DNA of 64,000 nt, from NCBI GenBank assembly GCA_002269645.1, contig NIVC01000952.1, forward strand, positions 39,059-103,058, read 5' to 3'. The notes beneath the pieces are model-generated. The model was not told where the DNA came from. It saw nothing but the letters and a program-made list of their open reading frames with translations, and ran no database searches. Origin of the DNA: Macrostomum lignano. Taxonomy: Eukaryota. Below, piece after piece: positions 55,174-64,000 of this stretch (positions are counted from its first letter, which is position 1; each line of letters starts with the position of its first letter). A program made the position numbers and the translations under genes.

Positions 55174-56952
55174 GGCTATTTTGACGTGGATTCCAAGTTC
55201 TATACCTTGCTTAGGCTATCTCTAATAGAGATACACACAATTATGCATCAAGCCATGGCAGACTCTTGCCTATCATATGATACTGTTTGCTGCTAGATCG
55301 CAAATGTTTTTGATGGCAAAGAGGACATTCAAGATTAACCTCAAAGTAGAAGGCCTTGATAGTGCAAACAATACAATTGGTGCAGAAGATAAAAGTTGTT
55401 TTGCAAAAGATTGAAACCATCTTCTCATGGGGCTAGGAAATTCTTCCACACACACCTTATTTGCTGGATCTTAGCATGCGACTTTTTTCTTTTCTCCAGG
55501 ATCAAGGAGACAATGTGAGGGCGAGGCTAACATTTTAGCAGCAAGGAGGAAGTCAATGTCCAATGAGGCTTATCGCGAAGGAATGATAGCCATAACAAGG
55601 AGCAGCATCAGTGCCAGCATTGATGCACTTGTGCGATAGTGGGAAAAATGCCTTGAGGCTGGCAGCGAATATTTTGAGAGATGAGATGCTGATAGGCCTA
55701 GACTAGAGTTTTATCTTTTAATATCGCTTAGTTTTATGTCTATGTTTATAATTATAGTCTAAAAGAGGCTAGACTAAGCCTCTAAAAGAGGTATAAGCAT
55801 GCGAAGTTTATCTTTAGTTGCTTGCTTCTCATTCGGAAGTGTATTTGAAGAATCTGTACTATATTATAATAGGCGTAGCTAAGCAAATATCTTAATAGGC
55901 TTAAAAATAAAACTTAAAACTTAAACTTAAAAAAATTAAAAATATTTTGCTAACAAACTAGTACAAAAATAATACTTACGATGTAGCTTCACCCAAAAAG
56001 TACTGGCTGGATTACACTTTCGGATTGTTACACGATCGTCTTTTCTCCACAAAAGCCCTGCAGCTGAGTAAGTAATTTAATACGAATTAGCGTCCGACGC
56101 ACCTTTGTTTAAAAAAGTGGGACTTTTAAAATACTATAACAATAAAGCAATAAAGTAAACTATAAGAAAGTTTGATAAAAACTCTTTAATACTAAAATTA
56201 GTCGAAATAAATAGGTTTGTATTACAATCAGATATTGCGAGTTTTTTAATAGAAATACTAAGCATTGCCCACGTAGTTTTTACTCCCCCACCAGAACCAG
56301 AACAAAGCAAGCCATGCACTAAATTTAAGAACGTACTACTAATATAAGTTTTTTGTGCACCTTCTTAAAGAAGAACCGAGTCGGCCGCCCTCAGGACCAT
56401 TAAGATATTCAACGATTCTACCAGAAGTCATTGAAACTTTCCATAAGTGCTAGTACAGTTTACATGTATTATCACACAATCAGCACAGTTCACACGTTCG
56501 GCCAGCTTGGGAAGCCTCCAAGTTTAAATAGCACGTCGACCGCATATGTATGCATCAGCTTTGACTTTGTTGGTCCAGTTTGCAAGTGGTTGTCCATCGA
56601 TCACATGGTGTCACTCATTGAAGAAGGCGCGACGGCGTTTGAATGACAAATCAGAATACATGTATTTGATGGGTTCGGCCTTTTTCAGCCTACAGCTTCG
56701 GGCCTCAGAACTCAGAAATGAATCACTTAGAACTCTGGCCTCTCACTCTTGTCAGATGGTCAGCCCTATGGTAGCTAGACTGTGGGCGAGCAGCTAGGCC
56801 CTTATAGCTAAGAGAAGACAGCGAGAGACAAGCAGGGAGAATTTGAAAGGTAGAGATTAGCTAATCCGCAGATTAACTAACCCGCTGCCACCCGTCCGTG
56901 CGCCCCGGCTCACCATACCGGAGCTATCGAAATCGGACTTCCAACGTACTAG

Positions 56953-57051
56953 CAAGGACCACTAGACCACTAAACAAGCGGGCCTTCAAATAATTTTGCA
57001 ATATTTACGAGTGTTGCGTCCTGATACAACGGTAACTTCTAGTGGTCCTTG
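56953..57051. mobile_element. 99-bp MITE (P/hAT-like)
   Basis: Perfect 14-bp TIR CAAGGACCACTAGA; 8-bp TSD CGTACTAG at 56945-52 and 57052-59. Confidence 0.75.
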
Positions 57052-58121
57052 CGTACTAGAGGGGCACTGCATTTACCTGCCATCTAGTGCCTTTTAGCTG
57101 TCTAAATCTCGAAGTCATAGCCGAATAGAAGGGACGCTGCTGGGACTAAGATCGCATTGGCCATGCAGGGACAGAGAGGACTTCTGCAGGGGGTTCTTGC
57201 GCTGGCGAGCCTCTATACACTACTAAATGTACTATTTCATTACCAAATTCCCAGCTAAGTACATGTATAAGTACACGCAACTACACGCTTTTGGCACTAA
57301 ATGTGTTAACGCGTCGACAGATAGCGATGATGTAGATGTATTGTTACTTTTGGAGACCTTCTGACTAATATTTATCTCGTTTTAGCCGCTTAGCTGCCTG
57401 CAGAGACCGCGCGAAAGCGCCAGTCTGGCACTAATAATTCGCATGCTTATCATATTTCTGAGAACGACTGATTGACTGGGAACTGCGCCGCTTCTGGTCC
57501 ACTGTGACCTCTGCCCCTAGATCTAACCACTCATCTCAGCTGGCATTGCGAAAAAAGAAAGAAAACATTAAGCCTTTAACTTCCAGATTTAACTTTCTCG
57601 CTTAATCCGCAATCCTAGACACTTTAGATTGAGTTAGAGCGAATGGCTACTTTTAATATTAACTGACATGACACTTCTGCCTCGAGTTTGGCACACAAAA
57701 GCAAGTAAGCAAAAGTGCAAATCCTATCAGACTACCTAGGAAGGGGTCAGACAAAGGGCGCACCCAGTTAAGCAGGTCAAGAAAGCTTCTCACCAAACCA
57801 ATCAGAGGACCTATCTGCCGGTAGCCAAGGAATCCTCAGAGACCGCAGCGCTTGGATGGGATGCTGCTGCTGATCTTAACTGACGAGTGCCGCCGGTACT
57901 CTTCACCTGCCAGTTGTCGTTGCTGCTCTTAGATCCCTGCCGGGAAATATCGATGATGCTTCTCAGGGGGAACTTAGCTGCTGAAGCTGCTGCTGCCGGG
58001 GGAAGGGGGACCAGACGTCGAAGACGCAGCAGATGCCGAAGGGGCCGTCTAAGACGGGGTTAGGACCGTGCAAGAAGGGAGGTCCAAGCAGGCCTTTTCG
58101 AGCGCGGGTCGAGTTGCCGCC

Positions 58122-58253
58122 TTTTATAGCTCTCATGCGGCCGATTTGTTATAACGCGCGCCGAATTTTCTGATTGGCTGAGAGCTTTTGTTAAAATAGG
58201 CGCCGAATTTTCTGATTGGTCGAGCCGGGGGCAGTCAGGTCGACTCTGATTGG
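58122..58253 (-). promoter_or_regulatory. Orphan Pol II promoter: three CCAAT boxes plus TATAAAA
   Basis: TGATTGG at 58173, 58215 and 58249 (CCAAT on the minus strand); TATAAAAG 58128-58121; no ORF found downstream. Confidence 0.55.
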
Positions 58254-59091
58254 CTGAGCTCAAGACCCCAAAACCCACCCCACGAGGTGGCCTTCAGACC
58301 CCAGGGAAGATGACAGGTGCAGTCATAAATCATGCGCAGAACATAATAAAAGCAACTTGTCTAGACACCCTGGCGCCAAAAGTGACAGCAAAACACCCAT
58401 AAATTAAAGGAGAAAGTAATAGAGCGAGTGGGGAAAGCTGGAAAGACCTCTTTGACCCAGACAGGCTGGAGCCAAAAGTGACAGCTAGACGGCCATAAAT
58501 CACTGAAAACAGTGAAAAAGCCGCAAATCTGGGGTCAGAATGGGGTTGAAACCATTCCTCCCAGACTTAGTGTCGCCTGTCTAGACTGCTAGAGGTCAAT
58601 CCGTCTCAAACCCAGACAGTCTGACCTTCAAAGATGCGTAAACAATCCAAAATTAGAATCCTAAGAGAAGTACATTGAGTATTTATCATAATTAATAGTG
58701 ATGGCATAAATTAGTGTAGAACTTAGCCTGGAAGAGAGAATGGAGAGAGATTCCTAAGCTAGCCTACTGACAGTAGGGGAAAAGCGCATCGAAGCGAAAT
58801 GTGCGGTTTAAGGTTGCAAAAAGATGCGTCCTCATCATATTTGCTTGAGACTGTAATTGAAGATTCATTACCTGTACATGTATATATGTTGAAGCTTGCC
58901 TCGAGGCTTGATCAGCCTAACTAGATAAATTCACGATAGGGTGTCCATAGTCATCTGGTGCCATCTGTCAATGTTCAAAAAGCCTCTCATAACTTCGATT
59001 ACTGAACTTTCCAGAAAGTGTCAATTCAGCAGCTGAACTTTCCCGGACGCCTGTATATCATTGCAAATCGTTTCACTACCAATTACCAGGG

Positions 59092-59478
<387 letters not shown>

Positions 59479-60676
59479 GTAGTGTGATAAATAGGCAATT
59501 AGATAATAGCATGCACGGTGAGCAATTATTTAGGCCCTAGACAAACCTACTTGGAGCGTCAGAGATTTTAAAGCTATTAATCCTAATCGCCTATCGCCGG
59601 TCGGCGAGTTCTACCAGTCTTCTCCAATAGCCGCAGATACAGTACAAGAAAATAAAGAACACGAGGAAACACAAACCGAAAGATTTAGAGAGTGATAATC
59701 CTATTTCAAGAATAACTAACTTGATTGACGGTTTAATTTGATTAGCTGAGTTACAAGATTTAGACAAACGACGTAGATAACTAGAGTTGACAAAACGACA
59801 ATAACGGTTAATAAATAATGATTATATACGCACTGACAAGCGGATCTTAGCTTGAAGAAGAAGGAGGCACCGAACACAGGACCACGGAGAAGACTCCTAA
59901 CCCCTGGCCTAAGCCAGAACCTACTCTCAAACGAGAGCCCTGCCGAACCGACCGTTCAACGGAGTACCGACTAAGTTCTATCGGCACTGCCTTCAGTGTA
60001 ACACTGGGGCCCTCGGGGTCGAGGCCGCGTACTTGATCAGATCCGACAGTCTCTGTCTAACCGCGCTTGATAGCGACGACTTCAGACAGGAATTTGCCGT
60101 AGACGTTACGCCACAAGACTACTGCGGTTGGGCGGGAACAAAGATATGGACCGGGGGTGATGAAATCAAAACGCCTCAAAGCGCGAACCAACAAGGGGAG
60201 GAAAAATCGGGCCACCGGCCGGGAACTGGACAAGACAAAACCGGGGAAAGGAGAGAAGCGAGATCCGATTGCCAAAACACACTTTCATATATAGTCAGAG
60301 TCAACCCCTCACAAACCCCCTCAAGCCGGGTGGTGGTCGTCTGGCCGGCCGCTTGCTTAAGCCGAATTGAACTGTGCCCGCGGCGCCGGGTAGAACTGAA
60401 ACTTGCCGCGTGCCAGGGTCCAGGCCGGTTCTGATTGGCTGGCCGCGCAAAGCTGGGGTTCGCAGACAACTCAACCCTCCGCTGAGTCACAGATGGCGTC
60501 TGATTTCTAGCCTGTTTACGCAAAATTGATTCTAACTAACAAGGAAAAAGTACACCAAAAACGTATGACTAACTAAGCAAAATAACAATTCAATAACAAT
60601 ATAGAAACTAATGCAGTCAATTTACAACAAAATAAACGCAAAGATGCTCACACTACAGTAGAGAGAGAGAAGAGAG

Positions 60677-63600
60677 GTCACGGCGTATTAAAATATTATT
60701 TTAGAAAATAGGCTACCGGTTTCAAGCCTCTGGGCTCTTCGTCAGGCCAAAAATCTGTGGTGCAAAGCAAGTTGGTCTTTTAAGTATTATTTTTCTTAGT
60801 CTGATAAAATTGATGAGTAGTTGTACATATGAAGGATGTACATTTAAAACCCTGTTTTGTCTGGCTCTAACTTGACCCAGAGGCTTTCACCATTCATTTC
60901 AATCGACGGTATATTTAGTATATTAAAAAATTGTTTTTTCGAAGTACGATTAAATAAAATGCGGTATTGAGGGTGGGAGCATAAAAATCGATATTTGTGC
61001 GTACAATTAAGCAGTTTGAATAAAATACACGACAAAGTGAATAAGTATTGTAGTTCAATAGGTAAAAAGAGCGCATTGGTTAAAACGATTCAATGGTTTC
61101 CTGGCTGGGACTTAAACTTATTGGGAGCCAGGAGGCTCTGTAAATTTCGTTGCCGTGTAAATGCGGGCAGTATGCGGGAGCCTGGTTTATTTTGTAGCTT
61201 CTCAAAGTTTTTAGCAGTCTCGTTGGCAAGCCAGACCGTAGATGGGTGAAAAGGAAGGACCAGAGGGATGGGTCGGAGATGATTGTCAACCCTGATGTTC
61301 GTACCTGGCGGTTTGCCAGTCCCCAGTTTTTTAATCCAGATTGGTTCCCTTAGTTCGATTTTGTTGTTATTAAGAACTTGTTCGATAGCAATGGAGACAA
61401 AGTTTGCAATCGAGTGATTGGGGGTGAGAAAGTGCTCTGACCCCGAAGTCACGACCCTCCTGTTAATATTTGACCTGTGTTGGTTCATTCTATCTCTCTT
61501 TGTTCTTCTAGTCATCCCTACATAGAAGATTTTCCCAGGGTGGCACTGGTTGAAGGAGATGCCAAAGATGATGCTCTTGGAGCCACAGGACAGGCTCTGA
61601 GAGATTAAAAAACCAGAAGCCGGTTTCAGCCCCTGGGCGGAGAGAGCAGGCGGTGAGTGAGTGCAGCATTTGCAGCGGGATGACCCACAGGGATGGAACC
61701 CTTTGGGAAGCAGACCCAGATTGGTCGTTGGTCCGCAGTCCAGTTCATAAGTTTGAGGACCTCCTTTTTGCAGTTTCTAATAAAAATCTTCAAGTAGCCT
61801 AATTGCTTGAGTTCCGATTTTAAAGAATTGAAAGCATCGTTGAAAGACTTGTAGTCATCACAGATACAGGCGTACCGAAGGACTTGGGATTTTACTACCC
61901 CTTGAAGGTGTGTGACGGATGGAAGGACTGTCGGTGCAACAATCTATGAGTGTCTGTTTCTTTTGAAAACAGTTGTGTAGTGAAGCGGTTTTCAGCTTTC
62001 TTGATGGTCCTGTCAAGGAAACTGACCTCAGTTGATGAGGAGCTGACGGTGAGTTTGATGTTGGGGTTGATTGAATTTAGGTGTCGAACAAATTCTGTCA
62101 GAGCTTCAGCCGGGTGGTTCCAGTGAATGAATATATTATCTATGTACCTAAAGTAAATTTTCGGCTTATAAAGAGCTGTTCTCAGGGCAGTTTCCTCCCA
62201 GAGGCTCATGAACAGACAGGCATAGCTGGGCGCAAATTTGCGCCCCATGGCTGTACCTCTAAGTTGTAGGAAGATCATTTTGTCAAATTCAAAGTCATTC
62301 CTGTACAAACACAGTTCCAGTAGCTTTATTATTTTAGCATCCGGTCTAATGGGATCCGGGTATCGGTTAAAGAATTCCTGGATCGCTGCAATGCCCTGGT
62401 CTATGGGGATCATGGAGTATAGACTCTGGCATCACAGGTTGCCAGAGTCGAACCTTCCGTGCAGCTTTTATCCATAAGGTGTGCCTTGAAGTCATACGAG
62501 TCCTTAACGAAAGTGGGTTGCGCTTGGCAATCGTTTAAGAAAGAAGTCTATGTACTTTTCTGCCCCAATTGCTTCAGAACTGCATCCGCTAACAATAGGT
62601 CTGCCTGCTGGGACCGAAAGGGGATCAGCCAGGTGGCCGGGTCCTTGTGAATTTTGGGGAGCAGGTAGAAATGCCGGGGACGGAAGTTCTCTCCGGGACA
62701 AAGAAAAGAAAACTGTTTCTTAGATATGAACTTTCTGTTACATAAATCGAGGAAGATCCTCCTGATAAGTTCCGCAGTCTCGGGTTGCAGTGGCTGGTCC
62801 AGCTGTTGATAGGCATTAGTGTCCAGCAATTGGTTGTAGGCTGCGAATTCGTAATCCTTGGGGTGCATGATGACCACTGCGTTACCTTTGTCCGCCTTTT
62901 TTATTAGGACGGAGCTGTTTCGCTTGAGCCCCTAAATCGCTCTGGTCTCTGGTACCTCTAGGTTGCCTTTGATCTGTACCGTTGTCAAATTATCTACCAG
63001 TTTTTTGTTCTCAAGCACAAACAAGTTGCACTCATCCTTCTAAGTCTGCGGGGGACCTCCTTCCCTGATTTCCCGGTGAAAGGGGGCGGGCTGGTATTGG
63101 CGAGACCCTCTTTTTGAAAAAGTCTTTCCAGAAAAGTTTACGATGAAATTCCGTCACGCAGTTCCTCAGATCCTCGAAATCAAGGGCTTGGGTTGGGATA
63201 AAATTGAGTCCCCTATCTAGCAGCCTCGTCTCAGATTCAGAGAGTTTGAAGGTGGGGTGTAGATTCAAAATGCTGCCTTCCAGGTTGGGAAGCCTACAGT
63301 AGTCAGCTAGTTTAAAGTTCTCAGCCAGGAAGCCAGCGCCAGTATAAAGTCAGGCGCTGAGAAGGATACAATTGGTTTAAGAGGAGGAGAGGCAATAAAA
63401 GTAACAGGTGAGAGTTTCTTACTCAGAATTTGAGTCGAATCTTCACCGCTGGCAAAGGGCGGAACCAGAAGGATCTTACGTGCCAGACTGTCCGCTCTTA
63501 GTAGATCGATGGCCTCAGAGAGCCACTCTAGCCAGTGGTCTGTGCTGAGCAGCTCGTCCGGCAGGACCAGCACCGTTGACCGAGCGCATTGCCGGTTCCG

Positions 63601-63686
63601 CAGGGCGGCCGACCTCAGTAGGGATGGTAAGGTTGACAGTGAGTACACATGCACCTCTGTGATTGCCGGCAGTTTGAGGCCCTCGA
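60677..63686 (-). mobile_element. Decayed Penelope-like retroelement (RT + C-terminal GIY-YIG), bounded by (GA)n tracts
   Basis: ILNLH..KLSESE..LLDRGLNFIP; IKKADKGNAVVI; FYLLPKIHK; RPIVSGC (frame-shifted); GTAMGRKFAPSYACLFM; YFRYIDN; PCGSSRCKCC; SIIFGI...FYVGMTRR..RDRMNQH; EPIWIKKLGT..PPGTN. At least five frameshifts and one TAG. Confidence 0.92.
60711..60748 (-). ncRNA. Minimal hammerhead ribozyme at the 3' end of the Penelope-like element
   Basis: Minus strand GGC-CUGACGA-A-GAGCC-CAGA-GGCUU-GAAA-CCGGUA-GCC: core boxes, 5-bp stem II, palindromic stem III, stem I GGC/GCC; same orientation as the RT ORF. Confidence 0.75.
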
Positions 63687-63719
<33 letters not shown>

Positions 63720-63743
63720 GAGAGAAGAGAGAGAGAGAAAGAG

Positions 63744-63774
<31 letters not shown>

Positions 63775-63799
63775 GAGTGAGAAAGAGAGAAAGAGAGAA

Positions 63800-63847
<48 letters not shown>

Positions 63848-63848
63848 C

Positions 63849-63881
<33 letters not shown>

Positions 63882-63906
63882 CGAGAGAGAGAAGAGAGAG
63901 AGAGAA
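63687..63906. repeat. (GA)n microsatellite
   Basis: Direct observation. Confidence 0.98.
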
Positions 63907-64000
63907 AGCTGAGCCACAAGCCTTGAGCGGGCCGAATTCAAAGGACCGAGGGCCGGAGTTTGCCGACCCCTGTCCTACAGATACATGTCACTATAATTGT

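Larger units (their letters stand above)
52870..55193. mobile_element. MULE-like non-autonomous element hosting two nested insertions
   Basis: 8-bp TSD CAAGTTCT (52862-69 / 55194-201). Inverted arms with repeated CAAAA(C/T)(G/A)GCC motifs and ACATAACAAATTTTTATAAG. About 780 bp once the inserts are removed. Confidence 0.75.

Noticed and set aside
60677-63686. Selenoprotein-coding Naiad-type Penelope element
   Set aside because: The endonuclease is C-terminal, a hammerhead is present, and the interruptions are frameshifts and a TAG rather than in-frame TGA at Cys positions.

Overview
Eukaryotic (animal) genomic DNA, not prokaryotic. GC-rich exons, GT/GC-AG introns packed with minisatellites, and acceptor sites just before first exons resemble the flatworm Macrostomum; this assignment is an inference I cannot verify here. 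By manual splicing I reconstruct: FCF1 (+), a KEN-box/VKAE orphan (+), an NHL-repeat gene (-), MARK/par-1 kinase (-, 7 coding exons), DNA ligase IV (-, 6 exons), RPS12 (-, 2 coding exons), a single-pass membrane protein running off the left edge (-), two orphan ORFs, and an 89-aa three-exon neuropeptide-like precursor (-) that the ORF track does not show. Mobile DNA includes a decayed Penelope-like retroelement (RT + GIY-YIG + hammerhead ribozyme), a perfect 309-bp palindrome carrying two hammerheads, a Tc1/IS630-type deletion derivative, several MITEs with readable TSDs (one carrying a 28S rDNA fragment), and a three-element nest. Strongest leads: the prohormone, the double-hammerhead palindrome, CpG-void transposon domains with CG->TA changes, a start codon apparently supplied by a spliced leader (FCF1), and an intron made entirely of a repeat of its own splice junction. 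All homology statements come from recalled motifs; no database searches were run.
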